A program made the position numbers and the translations under genes. Source: an uncultured candidatus Porisulfidus sp. (GTDB lineage Bacteria; Pseudomonadota; Gammaproteobacteria; Poriferisulfidales; Poriferisulfidaceae). Taken from it: DNA of 64,000 bases. Each line of letters begins with the position of its first letter. The first letter of the stretch is position 1. The notes under the pieces were generated by a model. It did not search any database. It was given only the letters and a program-made list of their open reading frames with translations, and was not told the DNA's origin. The stretch is from the NCBI GenBank assembly GCA_965116025.1, contig OZ220480.1:160001-224000 (forward strand), in the 5' to 3' direction. Positions 12,688 to 23,493 of the stretch are shown here, one piece after another.

Positions 12688-13395
12688 TCAGGCGCCGCTT
12701 CCCGAAGCCGGAAGCCGCTCCAGCGTCTCACGCACGAACGGCACGGTGATCCTGCGCTTTCGTCCAAGCGAGGCGTCTTCCAGTCGGTCCAGCAAACGGC
12801 ACAGCTGACCCAGCCCCCGCGCCACATGCCGTTGCATGTAGCGCACCGCCTCCTCGGGCAGGTCGTACCCTTGGCTACGCGCGCGACGACGCAACGCCTC
12901 GGCCTGTCGATCATCGTCCAGAGGACGCAGCGGGAATGACACGGCCCCGCGAAACCGGGACCGAAGGTCGGGCAGGCCCACCGCCACGCTTGACGCGGGA
13001 CCGCGCGCGGCGAGCAACAAACTGGCGCCATGATCCACCGTCTGGTTGACCAGGGCGAACAAGCGGCGCTCCCAATCCTCTCGCTCCATCACGGAGTCCA
13101 CGTCATCCAGGCACACCCACGCGCATCGGTCCAGCCCATCCAAGGCTTCCGGACTCAACTCGCGCATTTTCCTCAGCGGCAGGTAGGCCGCGGACTGCCC
13201 CCGAGCCTTGGCCTGAAGGCAGGCCGCCTGCAGCAAATGCGTCTTTCCGCTGTCTTTCGGGCCATGCAACCATAGGGAGCCGCCTTGCCGAGGCAGGGAC
13301 TCCAGAGCCTCCTGGACCCCCGGATTGCCGTGCGCGCAAAAATTCGCGTAAGTATGCCGCGGGTTGTTTCCGATGGGCAGGACCTTCTGGCTCAT
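12688..13395 (-). CDS. hda: DnaA regulatory inactivator Hda
   Basis: Starts MSQKVLP (clamp-binding-like motif); GPKDSGKTHLL, LPDLRSR, RRITVPFV. The ORF-track extension to 14163 is spurious. Confidence 0.93.
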   Translation of the reverse strand: MSQKVLPIGNNPRHTYANFCAHGNPGVQEALESLPRQGGSLWLHGPKDSGKTHLLQAACLQAKARGQSAAYLPLRKMRELSPEALDGLDRCAWVCLDDVDSVMEREDWERRLFALVNQTVDHGASLLLAARGPASSVAVGLPDLRSRFRGAVSFPLRPLDDDRQAEALRRRARSQGYDLPEEAVRYMQRHVARGLGQLCRLLDRLEDASLGRKRRITVPFVRETLERLPASGSGA

Positions 13396-13943
13396 CGCGC
13401 GTCGCCTCCAGGATCCGCCAGCAGTCCACCCCAGACCAGCGCGTACCCGATTCCACTGACGACCGCGGCGAGCACTGTTCCCCACAGAAGGATATCGAGC
13501 ATCATCACCGGCAACGCGACCAACTGGTCGCCCAAAAAAGAGAACGCCGTGACGATCTGCAGAAAGGTATTGATCTTCCCGACTTTGAGAACTGAGGCCT
13601 TCCGCCCGGGGTGAAGCAGATGGTTCAACAACGTTCCGCCAACGATCAGGACATCGCGCCCGACCACTAGCATCACCACCCAAGGCGGCACGATCTCCAT
13701 GTGGCCCAGCATCACGAAAGCGGAAATCAGCATCACCTTGTCCGCGAGCGGGTCCAGCACGGCGCCCAGCGCGCTCGTAGCCTTCAAATAACGAGCCAAA
13801 AAGCCATCCAGCGCGTCCGAAACGCCCATCACGACGAACAAGAGCAACGCCAGATCGAACTGTCGCTCCAGCAGCAGCATGGCGAACCATGGCACCAGAA
13901 GCAAGCGCAGAACGCTGATCAGGTTGGGAATGTGCTGAGCCAT
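13392..13943 (-). CDS. CDP-alcohol phosphatidyltransferase family protein
   Basis: IPNLISVLR, SDALDGFLAR...GAVLDPLADK signature. Confidence 0.92.
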   Translation of the reverse strand: MAQHIPNLISVLRLLLVPWFAMLLLERQFDLALLLFVVMGVSDALDGFLARYLKATSALGAVLDPLADKVMLISAFVMLGHMEIVPPWVVMLVVGRDVLIVGGTLLNHLLHPGRKASVLKVGKINTFLQIVTAFSFLGDQLVALPVMMLDILLWGTVLAAVVSGIGYALVWGGLLADPGGDAR

Positions 13944-13983
13944 GAGATTTCTGGCCCGGTATTTTATATGGTGGAGGAGTAAA

Positions 13984-15036
13984 ATGGCGCCCGTATCGAG
14001 TGGTCTCGTGCCAGAAAAAATACCTTCCTCTTCCGCGTATCAGGAGGCCGGAGTCGATATTGACGCCGGCAACCGCCTGGTCCAGCGGATCGCTCCGCTC
14101 GCGCGACGAACTTTCGATGAGCGGGTGCTGTCCGGACTTGGCGGATTCGGCGGGCTCTACCAACTGCCGCGGGACTGCGAGCGACCGGTCCTGGTTTGCG
14201 GAACGGACGGCGTCGGCACCAAATTGCGCCTAGCCCAGAGACTCCAGCGGCACGAGACGATCGGCATCGACCTCGTGGCCATGTGCGCCAACGATGTCCT
14301 GACGCATGGCGCTCGCGCCCTGCTGTTCTTGGATTACTACGCCTGCGGAGCGCTCAACGTGGAAGAGACGGAAGAAGTAATTCGAGGAATCGCGGCAGGT
14401 TGCCAGCAGGCCGGCTGCGCGCTCGTCGGCGGGGAAACCGCGGAAATGCCCGGACTCTACCGGCCGGGAGACTACGATATCGCGGGGTTCTGCGTAGGTC
14501 TCGTGGACCGCGGCCGGTTACTCCCTCACCCGGACTGCAGGACGGGAGATGTCCTGATCGGAATGGACTCGAGCGGCGCGCACGCCAATGGCTTCTCCCT
14601 CATCAACCACCTGCTGGACTCGGAGCCGGATGACCAAGAGCGGATGGACGCGCTGTTGCAACCCACCACGATCTACGAGCCGCATCTTAGGGAATCTATC
14701 GATTCCGGAAAGATTCTGGCGCTAGCCCACATCACGGGTGGCGGCCTAACCGAGAACGTTCCGCGCGTTCTTCCAGAGGGCCTGTCCGCGCGAATCGATC
14801 TGGAAAGCTGGCGGCGACCGGAGCTGTTCGACTGGATCCAGTCGCGAGGCGATATCGATGAGGAAGAGATGCGGCGGATATTCAACTGTGGAATCGGGAT
14901 GGTCGCGCTGACTCGCGCGGCGCATGCGGAAGCCCTCGTCCAAGAAATTCAAAACACCGGCCTGGATGCCCGAATCATAGGCGAAGTCATCGCCCGGAAG
15001 GCTCCCCAAAGGGCGATTTATACTACATCGCCATGA
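13984..15036 (+). CDS. purM: AIR synthase
   Basis: YQEAGVDI, GTDGVGTK, GGETAEMPG, HITGGG. Confidence 0.98.
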   Translation: MAPVSSGLVPEKIPSSSAYQEAGVDIDAGNRLVQRIAPLARRTFDERVLSGLGGFGGLYQLPRDCERPVLVCGTDGVGTKLRLAQRLQRHETIGIDLVAMCANDVLTHGARALLFLDYYACGALNVEETEEVIRGIAAGCQQAGCALVGGETAEMPGLYRPGDYDIAGFCVGLVDRGRLLPHPDCRTGDVLIGMDSSGAHANGFSLINHLLDSEPDDQERMDALLQPTTIYEPHLRESIDSGKILALAHITGGGLTENVPRVLPEGLSARIDLESWRRPELFDWIQSRGDIDEEEMRRIFNCGIGMVALTRAAHAEALVQEIQNTGLDARIIGEVIARKAPQRAIYTTSP

Positions 15037-15668
15037 TTCCGATGGCCATTCTGTTCTCCGGCGAGGGAACCAACCTTCAGGCCCTGATTGACGCCGTGCA
15101 CCAGCGTCGCATCTATGCAGAAATCCGCTGCGTGATCAGCAACCGGCCTCAGGCGCATGGACTGGACCGCGCCCAAGCGGCCGGGATCGAGACGCTGGTC
15201 ATCAGCGACGACGACCGCGCCACCCGGGAAAAGAAAACGCTCACCGCCCTGCAGGAGCGTGGCGTCGAGTTGGTCTGTCTGGCGGGCTACATGCGCGTCC
15301 TATCCGAAATCATGGTCGAGCCCTATCTGGGGCGAATGCTCAACATCCATCCATCTCTTCTTCCCGCCTACCGGGGCGCGAACACGCACCGCCGGGTTTT
15401 GGAGGCGGGCGAGAAGTTCCATGGATGCAGCGTGCATTTCGTGACCCACGAACTAGACGAGGGACCCCTGATCATCCAAGCGAGCGTGCCGGTGTATCCA
15501 GACGATACCGAAAGGGCCCTAGTGCACCGCGTGCTGGAGCAAGAGCACCTGATCCTGCCTCTGGCGGTTCAGTGGTACTGCGATGGCCTGCTACGCATGG
15601 AGGACGGAGTCGCGCATTTGCGCGGAGAGCGACTCGACGAGCCGTTGCTCTATGAAGCGGGCCCTTAG
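15033..15668 (+). CDS. purN: GAR transformylase
   Basis: SGEGTNLQA, LAGYMR, NIHPSLLP, LDEGP. Confidence 0.97.
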   Translation: MIPMAILFSGEGTNLQALIDAVHQRRIYAEIRCVISNRPQAHGLDRAQAAGIETLVISDDDRATREKKTLTALQERGVELVCLAGYMRVLSEIMVEPYLGRMLNIHPSLLPAYRGANTHRRVLEAGEKFHGCSVHFVTHELDEGPLIIQASVPVYPDDTERALVHRVLEQEHLILPLAVQWYCDGLLRMEDGVAHLRGERLDEPLLYEAGP

Positions 15669-16359
15669 CCTCTGCGGCCTGCTTCTCTTTGGGTTGTCCG
15701 CCACGGCAGCGGACACCACCCAGGCCACCTACGACCTGTACTACGAAGGCATGCCAGCGGGGACCGTCACCGTCACCATCACCCGCGAAGCCATCCACAC
15801 GCGCTACCGCGCCATCGCGGAGCCGAATTGGCTGGGCCGACTGTTCGGCCAGGACACTATCATTGAACGCGGGGTCATGACTAGCGAAAAACTGCGGCCC
15901 ACGGAGTATTTCTACCATGACGCCGGACGCGAGCGTCACTACAAATACGTCTACGACTGGCCACACGGCCTGGTGCTCATCACGACCCACGAGGGCGGGT
16001 CTTCGGAGCCGCTCGGAGAGGATACGCTGGATCCCGCGGCCATGGCCACGCGCTTGCTTCGCGACCTGCCCGACATCTCTCCAAACTACAGCGTTCTCTC
16101 CAAGGGCCTCCTCAAGGTATATCGCTTCGAGGCCCCGACGGTGGAACCCATCGAGGTGTTAGGACAAGAGCGGCGAGTCTGGAAGGTGGTTCGCGTTCGC
16201 GGAAGTAGCCCGGATTCGCGCGTCATCACTTGGCACGACCCTCAGCGCGAGCAGTGGATGGTGCGTACCGTTCGCATGGAAGGTGGCGAGGAGAAAGTCC
16301 GGCTCGAGTTAACCGGCATGGATCGGCTAGATTCCCGCGACCTGCATCCGGTCGACTAG
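15652..16359 (+). CDS. Exported protein, DUF3108-like
   Basis: Signal peptide MKRALSLCGLLLFGLSATAA; beta-rich; usual position after purN. Confidence 0.6.
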   Translation: MKRALSLCGLLLFGLSATAADTTQATYDLYYEGMPAGTVTVTITREAIHTRYRAIAEPNWLGRLFGQDTIIERGVMTSEKLRPTEYFYHDAGRERHYKYVYDWPHGLVLITTHEGGSSEPLGEDTLDPAAMATRLLRDLPDISPNYSVLSKGLLKVYRFEAPTVEPIEVLGQERRVWKVVRVRGSSPDSRVITWHDPQREQWMVRTVRMEGGEEKVRLELTGMDRLDSRDLHPVD

Positions 16360-17667
16360 CAACGCTCCGGTTTGGAGAGAGCCACGGCGGTCCGGTTCCG
16401 CGCCGACCGCGACGATGCCACGATACATGTCTGGCAAGGATCCCGCGATCGTGATTTCGTGCACGGGGTAAGCTATCGATCCACCCTCAACCCAGAATCC
16501 AGCGGCGCCCCGCGAATAGTCTCCGGTGACCTGGTTGACGCCTTGCCCCATCAATTCCGTCACCACCAGCCCCCGGTCGAGACGCTGGAGCAACTCGTCC
16601 CACGATAGCGTCGGCGCTCGGGTTTCCAGTGAGAGATTCCGCACGCCACCAGCGTTTCCAGTGGAAACCAGACCGAGCCTGCGGGCGGAGTAACTGCCCA
16701 GAAACCATCCGCGCAAGACTCCATCATCCACCACGACGCGCTCCCGCGTCCTCACGCCTTCCGCGTCGAACGGAGCGCTGGCCACGCCTCCAGTTTCACG
16801 CGGACGCTCGACCAGCCGGATGTCCTCGGCCCAAACCGGCTTATCCATGCGGCCCAGCAAGAAAGACGCCTCCCGGTACAGCGCTCGGCCACTGGCCGCC
16901 CCAACGAAATGCCCGAGCAACGAGCGGGCGACCGGCGCCTCGAACAGCACGGGAGTCGCGCAACTCGCGAGAGAGCGGGCTCCCAAGCGGCGCGCGGCCC
17001 GCGCCGCCGCGACGCGGCCGACCGTCTCGGGATCCTGCACCTCGCGCCAATCACGGTGGGCGCTGTGCCAATAGTCCCGCTCTTGGTCGCCCTTTTCGTC
17101 GCTCGCCACCACGCAACAGATGAGGTCGTGACTACTGCGCCAATAATCCCCCATGAAGCCCAAGCTGTTTCCCAGCACCCGAACTCCATCGTAGCGGCGG
17201 ACTTCCGCGCCTTCCGAATTGACGATGCGCGCATCGTCCCGCGCGGCCCCCTCACACGCGAGCGCCACTCGAGCGGCCTGGTCGCTATCGATTTCCGATG
17301 GGTGATACAGATCCAGATCTGGATACTCGAAAGCCAAAAGCTCTTCCTCCGGCAAGCCATGGCAAAGATCTTCCTCGGTGCTTTGAGCGATCTGGCAGGC
17401 CGCCTCCACCGTGCGGTCGACTGAATCCTCGCGCAAGTCCGTACTGGACGCGTGGCCGCGCCGCTGGCCGAAGTAAGCCGTGATCGACAGGCCCTGATCC
17501 CGCTCGCGCTCCACGGTCTCCAGCTCGCCCATCCGAACCGAGACGGTCAGCCCCTCTCCGCGTTCCAGCGAGACCTCGGCCGCGGTGGCGCCGCGCCGCC
17601 GAGCCTGATCCAGCGCTCGCTGAGCGCATGCGCGGAGGTCCTGTTCCAGCGCGGTTTCAGCCGCCAT
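16327..17667 (-). CDS. pmbA: Metalloprotease PmbA/TldE
   Basis: FDAEGV, STGNAGG, GQGVNQVTGDYSRGAAGFW. Confidence 0.95.
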   Translation of the reverse strand: MAAETALEQDLRACAQRALDQARRRGATAAEVSLERGEGLTVSVRMGELETVERERDQGLSITAYFGQRRGHASSTDLREDSVDRTVEAACQIAQSTEEDLCHGLPEEELLAFEYPDLDLYHPSEIDSDQAARVALACEGAARDDARIVNSEGAEVRRYDGVRVLGNSLGFMGDYWRSSHDLICCVVASDEKGDQERDYWHSAHRDWREVQDPETVGRVAAARAARRLGARSLASCATPVLFEAPVARSLLGHFVGAASGRALYREASFLLGRMDKPVWAEDIRLVERPRETGGVASAPFDAEGVRTRERVVVDDGVLRGWFLGSYSARRLGLVSTGNAGGVRNLSLETRAPTLSWDELLQRLDRGLVVTELMGQGVNQVTGDYSRGAAGFWVEGGSIAYPVHEITIAGSLPDMYRGIVAVGAEPDRRGSLQTGALLVDRMQVAGI

Positions 17668-19117
17668 GCATTCGGGTCCCGCCGACTGTCAACTCATCGA
17701 CCCGTAACGTCGGCTGGCCCACGCCGACCGGAACTTGCTGGCCATCCTTGCCGCACGTGCCCACGCCCTCGTCGAGTTCCAGATCGTTGCCCACCATGCT
17801 GACTTGGCGCAACACGCTGGGACCATCCCCAATCAGAGTCGCCCCCTTCACCGGATGCGCGATCTTTCCGTTCTTGATCAGATAGGCTTCCGAGGCGGAG
17901 AACACGAATTTTCCAGACGTGATGTCCACTTGTCCTCCGTTGAACCCTACCGCGTACAGCCCATGGTCGACCGAGGCCAGTATCTCTTCCGGCGCGTGAT
18001 CGCCCGCCTGCATATATGTATTGGTCATGCGCGGCATTGGCTGGTGCGCGTAGGACTCCCGGCGACCGTTGCCCGTCGATTCCGTTCCGCACAAGCGCGC
18101 GTTGAGTCGATCATAAAGAAAGCCACGGACGATGCCCTCCTCAATCAGCACAGTGTTCTGGGTCGGGGTCCCCTCGTCGTCCACGCGCAAGGATCCACGA
18201 CGGTCTGGCAGGGTGCCATTGTCGACAACAGTGACCTCGGAACTGGCCACGCGCTTCCCCATCAGGTTGGTGAACGCGGAAGTGCCTTTGCGAATCGCGT
18301 CTCCTTCCAGTCCGTGCCCGATGGCCTCATGCAGAAGCACGCCAGGCCAGCCATGCCCGAGGACCACGGTCATCGCGCCCGCCGGCGCGTCCTCGGATTC
18401 CAGATTGAGTAACGCCAGGCGCGCGGCTTCTTTCGCGAAACGGGCCGGCGCTCCGGCATCCAGCAAACGATCATAGCCATAGCGTCCACCTCCGCCATAT
18501 CCTCCCGCCTCTCGCCGCCCGTTCCGTTCGGCGATCACGCTGACGTTGAGGCGCGTCAACGGGCGGATATCGGCCTGATACACTCCCTCCGTCGAGGCGA
18601 TCAGGACCACCTCGTAGGTAGAAGCCAAGGTGGCCGTCACCTTCTTGACCTCGCCCGACGAGACGCGCGCGGCTTCGTCCACCTCTCGCAGCAGCGCGAT
18701 CTTTCGCGTCATATCCATTTCCCGCGACGGATCGGTGGCGGCGCAAATGGCGGGCGGCTGGATTGAGGACAGTCGCGGCAGGCGAGCCTGCCGAGCGCCG
18801 CGCGCGATGGATCGCGCGGCCCGAGCCGCTTCCAGCAACTGATCGGGACTCAGCTCCTCGGAGTACGCGAATCCGGTCTTCTCCCCGAGGGCCACGCGAA
18901 CGCCTGCGCCCTGCTCCAGCGAGAACGCCGCGTCCTTGACCACGCCATCCTCAATCGTGAGCGATTCATGTCGCGCGTGCTGCAGATAGACATCCGCATA
19001 GTCGCAGGCGCGCGACCAGGCACGCGAGAGCGCGCGCTCCAGCGTCCCGGGCGTCAGCCCCCCCGGTTCCAAAAGATAGCGCCGCGCCGCGCCGTCGGTC
19101 AAGCGCTCATCTGGCAT
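17657..19117 (-). CDS. tldD: Metalloprotease TldD
   Basis: HEAIGHGLEGD, PRMTNT, CGKDGQ. Confidence 0.97.
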   Translation of the reverse strand: MPDERLTDGAARRYLLEPGGLTPGTLERALSRAWSRACDYADVYLQHARHESLTIEDGVVKDAAFSLEQGAGVRVALGEKTGFAYSEELSPDQLLEAARAARSIARGARQARLPRLSSIQPPAICAATDPSREMDMTRKIALLREVDEAARVSSGEVKKVTATLASTYEVVLIASTEGVYQADIRPLTRLNVSVIAERNGRREAGGYGGGGRYGYDRLLDAGAPARFAKEAARLALLNLESEDAPAGAMTVVLGHGWPGVLLHEAIGHGLEGDAIRKGTSAFTNLMGKRVASSEVTVVDNGTLPDRRGSLRVDDEGTPTQNTVLIEEGIVRGFLYDRLNARLCGTESTGNGRRESYAHQPMPRMTNTYMQAGDHAPEEILASVDHGLYAVGFNGGQVDITSGKFVFSASEAYLIKNGKIAHPVKGATLIGDGPSVLRQVSMVGNDLELDEGVGTCGKDGQQVPVGVGQPTLRVDELTVGGTRMHGG

Positions 19118-19926
19118 GCCAGCCTCCGGTTGTTGATGCAGGGGAAGTTCTTCCTGATTTCCTTAAGGCGATGCAGGTCAATGTCCGCGAGCACCACGCC
19201 CGCCCCGCGCGCGCGCCGCCCCAAAATCGTGCCCCAGGGGTCGAGAATCATGGAATGGCCATGCGTCTCGCGTCCATTCAGATGGTAGCCTCCCTGCGCG
19301 CTGGCGACCAGATAAACGAGATTCTCGATCGCCCGAGCGCGCAAGAGAGCCTCCCAATGCGCCTTCCCGGTCTGCGCCGTGAACGCGGCGGGCAACACGA
19401 TGAGCTCCACGCCCTGGTCCAAGAGCGCGCGGAACAGCTCCGGGAAGCGAAGGTCGTAGCAGACGGTCAGACCGACGCGTCCGAACGGGGAATCGGCGAC
19501 CACCGGCTCGCGCCCGCTTCGAATGGTGGCCGACTCGTTGTAGCTCTCCCCGCTGGCGGGCAGCGTGACGTCGAACAGATGGATCTTGTCGTAGCGCGCG
19601 CGGAGCTCTCCCTGGTCGTCGAACAGCATGCAGGCGGACGCCATCTTGTCCTTGACCTCGCAATGCATCGGGATGGTGCCCGCCACGATCCAGATTTGAT
19701 GGCGGCGGCATCGCTCGCGAACGAATTCCTGGATCGGCCCCTCTCCTTCCCGCTCCCGATACGCCAGAACGTCCGGGTCCCGCAACCCCATCATGGCGAA
19801 GTTCTCGGGCAACGCAACCAGGCGCGCTCCACCATCGGCCGCGGTCTTGATCAGGCGTCCAGCCTCCAGAAGGTTGGCATCCAGATTCGGTCCGGAGGCC
19901 ATTTGCACGGCGGCGATCTTGCTCAT
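19099..19926 (-). CDS. Carbon-nitrogen hydrolase (Nit1-like, deaminated glutathione amidase)
   Basis: LPEN, YDKIHLFD, CYDLRFPE triad. Confidence 0.93.
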   Translation of the reverse strand: MSKIAAVQMASGPNLDANLLEAGRLIKTAADGGARLVALPENFAMMGLRDPDVLAYREREGEGPIQEFVRERCRRHQIWIVAGTIPMHCEVKDKMASACMLFDDQGELRARYDKIHLFDVTLPASGESYNESATIRSGREPVVADSPFGRVGLTVCYDLRFPELFRALLDQGVELIVLPAAFTAQTGKAHWEALLRARAIENLVYLVASAQGGYHLNGRETHGHSMILDPWGTILGRRARGAGVVLADIDLHRLKEIRKNFPCINNRRLACQMSA

Positions 19927-20402
19927 GATTCTCCGCGAGGTCGGCGCGAGCGGCTCGGCGCCGTCTCGCCCGGAATTCGCTCCTGAAATCGTAACACGTC
20001 CTCGCGCTCAGGTTTTCGCTTGAGCCGTATCCGGTAGCGCTCCGTCACGAACCGCCGAGCCGCTTGGTGCAGCATGTGATCCGGGCTCGCGCCGCAGTAT
20101 TTCTCAAGCCATTCGTTGGTGCGAGTCAGACCAGAGTACTCCGCGATGCTGTACGTGTCGCGCACCAGATAGTTATACGCGGTCAGATATCCAGAAAGCC
20201 AGCTGTAGTACAGGCCACGCTCATCGAGAGGGGTATCAAGAAAGCTCGCGCAGGTGTCCAGCCCCAAGCCTTGGGCCTTGTATCGCTGGTTCAGGTCGCG
20301 CGCGGGCGACGATGTCGCCAAGACCAGAGAAGAGACGCCCGCCCAAACGACCGCCGCGATCCAGCGGCCGCGTGGCGAAACCGGACTCAGCCCCTCGGCC
20401 AT
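19923..20402 (-). CDS. Hypothetical exported protein with an HdeA/Rap1a-like Cys pair
   Basis: Signal-like N-terminus; TCASFL...WLSGYLTAYN...WLEKYC..SP; overlaps both neighbours. Confidence 0.6.
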   Translation of the reverse strand: MAEGLSPVSPRGRWIAAVVWAGVSSLVLATSSPARDLNQRYKAQGLGLDTCASFLDTPLDERGLYYSWLSGYLTAYNYLVRDTYSIAEYSGLTRTNEWLEKYCGASPDHMLHQAARRFVTERYRIRLKRKPEREDVLRFQERIPGETAPSRSRRPRGES

Positions 20403-20998
20403 CACGTCCCGAGCGGCGGAAACGGAACTCCAGAGCCGCCATGCCCGCAATACCCTCCCGGATTCTTGCCGAGATACTGCTGATGGCGGAGCTCCGCGAA
20501 GTGGAACTCGGTGGCTGGAATGATTTCCGTCGTGATCTCGCCAAATCCTCTCGCGGCGAGCGCGGCTTGGTACGCGTCGCGGCTTTTTCGAGCCAGCGAC
20601 TCTTGGTCGGGATCGAAAAAATAGATGCCGGAGCGGTACTGGCTCCCGATATCGTTTCCCTGACGCATCCCCTGGGTCGGATCATGCCCTTCCCAAAAGC
20701 ATACCAGCAGATCCGAATACGCGATCCGGTCCGGGTCGTACACGACGCGAACCGCCTCGGCATGCCCCGTCTGGCCAGAGCACACCTTCTCGTAGTCGGG
20801 GTCCGGAGTGTCGCCCGCGGTATATCCGACGGCGGTCGTCCACACGCCTTTCAGTTGCCAAAAACGCCGTTCCGCTCCCCAGAAACACCCCAGCGCGAAC
20901 TCCGCTATAAGCAAACCCGCAGGGTACGGCGGCGTCAAGGGATTGCGAGTGAACCAATGCGATTCCCTCGTCTCCATCGCGGCGCCAGGCTCCATCAT
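20402..20998 (-). CDS. msrA: Peptide methionine sulfoxide reductase A
   Basis: [29 protein letters not shown]. Confidence 0.97.
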   Translation of the reverse strand: MMEPGAAMETRESHWFTRNPLTPPYPAGLLIAEFALGCFWGAERRFWQLKGVWTTAVGYTAGDTPDPDYEKVCSGQTGHAEAVRVVYDPDRIAYSDLLVCFWEGHDPTQGMRQGNDIGSQYRSGIYFFDPDQESLARKSRDAYQAALAARGFGEITTEIIPATEFHFAELRHQQYLGKNPGGYCGHGGSGVPFPPLGT

Positions 20999-21097
20999 GG
21001 CGTCCGCCGGACAAAACAAGGCCGCCTAGCGGCGGCCTGAGTTTTGGAGGTAATTATTATTATTGTTGTCTGCGACCCAAAACCGCTCGCGACGCGA

Positions 21098-21709
21098 TCA
21101 ATCCGGCCCATAGGCGAAGTTCGAGGCCAAGCTCACGGTGCCCGAGTGCTCATGGGTGGTTCCGTTATCGTTGTACGACACCTTGACCGTGTCGCTAATC
21201 GTGATGTCGTTGCCCGGGGCGATCGCCAGAGGCGGATTGGAGACGATCACCGGACCGCCGTCCGCGCCCTCGACCTCCACGACCTCGCTCTCGCCAATGC
21301 CATCCCCGACTTTCAGGCGGCGGGTCTTTCCGTCCACGGAATAGTCGATCGAGGTTTGCTTGACGCTGACCACCTCGCCGACCAGACTGCTCACGACCGC
21401 CAAATGCCCGCCCAGCTTGCCGGAGTACATTTGGGTGATCGCGTCGAACTGCTCCTCGCTAGCGCGCTCGTCCACGTACAAGGCCACCCGGAAATTTCCT
21501 TCGGTCAGAAGCCCGGGAGCCTCCAGAAACATCGCGACGTTCAGGTCATTGATCTCGAGATCGTCCAGATGTCCCTCATCAATGTGCCATCCCAGCAACG
21601 CGGTGCAGGTCCCGCCAGTCGGGGGTTTCAACGTGATGCACGGGCAAATCAGGTCGCACGTGCAGGATTCAAAGTAATTGCCCTTGATGCTCCAGTTGTC
21701 TGATGCCAT
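21098..21709 (-). CDS. DUF1326 family protein
   Basis: WSIKGNYFESCTCDLICPC...PTGGTC...WHIDEG; SD GGAGG before ATG 21709. Confidence 0.85.
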   Translation of the reverse strand: MASDNWSIKGNYFESCTCDLICPCITLKPPTGGTCTALLGWHIDEGHLDDLEINDLNVAMFLEAPGLLTEGNFRVALYVDERASEEQFDAITQMYSGKLGGHLAVVSSLVGEVVSVKQTSIDYSVDGKTRRLKVGDGIGESEVVEVEGADGGPVIVSNPPLAIAPGNDITISDTVKVSYNDNGTTHEHSGTVSLASNFAYGPD

Positions 21710-22060
21710 GGCTTCCCTCCTGTGGTTGTCGTAGGGTGCGCGACTCGACGTTCGCTTGGCAGGGAGTATAGCACGTCCAGAAATTGGAGGTTGACTGGAA
21801 TTTCCATGGGTCGGGAAGCGCGCTCGACCGCGCGAATCGTCCAAGAGGTCGCCGTCGCGAACCAGCGCGTCGTCCGCGACGAATCCCATCAGGCCTTCTC
21901 TTCCCGCGAAGAGCCAAACTCTTTAAGAGCGAGATCTTTCCGTCCACGAAAGCAAGAAACGCGCGCCTGGCGTCCATGCCATGGCTGGCGATGCCCTCGT
22001 GGAAGTGGAAAGCGGGCGAGAGCCCGGTCGAGTGGCGAAGCGGCCCGATCACCTGTTAAA

Positions 22061-22906
22061 ATGGGTGCGGAAGCCTCGCTCATGCCCGCCTCGTCCTCGC
22101 CTCCCGAGTTCGCTCCCCTGCCCGCGACCGAGCGCTGGGTCCTGATCGGCGCGGTCTCCGCCGTGGCCGCCAGCGGATGGGCCTGGATGCTGCATATGGA
22201 CTGGGCCATGCGCGACATGATGCGAGGCGGGCCCTCCACCGCCTGGATGCCGCCGCCCGCCGGATTCGGCGGCTGGACAGGATACGATTTCTGGATGCTG
22301 TTCGTCATGTGGTCAATCATGATGGTCGCGATGATGACGCCCAGCGCCGTCCCCATGCTCCGAATGTATCGGGTCGTGCAGCGCAACCGAAGCCGGTGGA
22401 CTCTGGAGACGGTCCCTTGGGCCATCTTTCTGCTTGGCTATCTCGCGTCTTGGGTTCTGTACTCCGTCGCCATTTCGGCGATCCAATGGCCGATGCACGA
22501 ATGGGGGCTTCTCGACCCCATGATGAATAGCCGGAGTCATCTATTCAGCGGCGCTCTGCTGATCGTGGCGGGACTGTATCAATGGACTCCGTGGAAAGAC
22601 GCTTGCCTGACCCAGTGTCGGACTCCGATGCAGTTCCTGCTCGCCCGCTGGAAGGACGGAAAATCCGGCGCCTTGCGCATGTCTTTCGAGCACGGCCTTT
22701 ACTGCATCGGGTGCTGCTGGGCGCTCATGCTGGTCCTGTTCGCCGTCGGCGCGATGAACATGCTGTGGGTCGCCGCCATCATGCTGTTCGTGATCGTCGA
22801 GAAGGCCCTGCCGAGCCCGGCGCGCCTGTTCCGCGCGGTCACCGGGTTGCTGTTGTCTGGCTCGGGCATCTGGATGGCGCTTTCTTATTTTCAAGGCGCC
22901 GCGTGA
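22061..22906 (+). CDS. DUF2182 family predicted metal-binding membrane protein
   Basis: [42 protein letters not shown]. Confidence 0.88.
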   Translation: MGAEASLMPASSSPPEFAPLPATERWVLIGAVSAVAASGWAWMLHMDWAMRDMMRGGPSTAWMPPPAGFGGWTGYDFWMLFVMWSIMMVAMMTPSAVPMLRMYRVVQRNRSRWTLETVPWAIFLLGYLASWVLYSVAISAIQWPMHEWGLLDPMMNSRSHLFSGALLIVAGLYQWTPWKDACLTQCRTPMQFLLARWKDGKSGALRMSFEHGLYCIGCCWALMLVLFAVGAMNMLWVAAIMLFVIVEKALPSPARLFRAVTGLLLSGSGIWMALSYFQGAA

Positions 22907-23493
22907 GTTCCGAAGCCGAATCCCGGGTTCAGCGACTGTTCGAGGAGAGCGTCGCGACCCACCAGGCGTCCCAAGACCGCCTCGTCGAACCCATCGCCCG
23001 AGCCGGAGCGACGCTGGCGCGAGCTCTGTCGGAGGGCCGGCGAGCGCTGAGTTGCGGAAACGGCGGCTCGGCGGCGGACGCGCAGCATTTCGCCGCCGAA
23101 CTGATCGGTCGTTTCGAGAAAGAGCGGGCGGCCCTGCCCGCCATCGCCCTTTCCACCGACACCTCAGCGCTGACCGCCATCGGGAACGACTATGGATTCG
23201 AGCGGGTGTTCAGTCGCCAAATAGAGGGACTCGGACGGGAAGGAGACGTATTGATCGCGATCAGCACCAGCGGCAACTCCCCCAACATCGCGCGCGCCGT
23301 CGCGGCGGCGCGCGCCAGAAACATGCGGGTGATCGCCCTGACTGGACGCGACGGAGGCGCCCTGCGCGACCAATTGGGCGAGCTGGACATCGAGTTGCGG
23401 GTCCCGTCCGATTCCACGGCCCGGATTCAGGAAGTCCACATCTTGATCCTGCATTGCCTGTGCGACCTGACCGACCGCCTCGCGCATGGGTGA
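22903..23493 (+). CDS. gmhA: Phosphoheptose isomerase (GmhA/DiaA family)
   Basis: [33 protein letters not shown]. Confidence 0.9.
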   Translation: MSSEAESRVQRLFEESVATHQASQDRLVEPIARAGATLARALSEGRRALSCGNGGSAADAQHFAAELIGRFEKERAALPAIALSTDTSALTAIGNDYGFERVFSRQIEGLGREGDVLIAISTSGNSPNIARAVAAARARNMRVIALTGRDGGALRDQLGELDIELRVPSDSTARIQEVHILILHCLCDLTDRLAHG

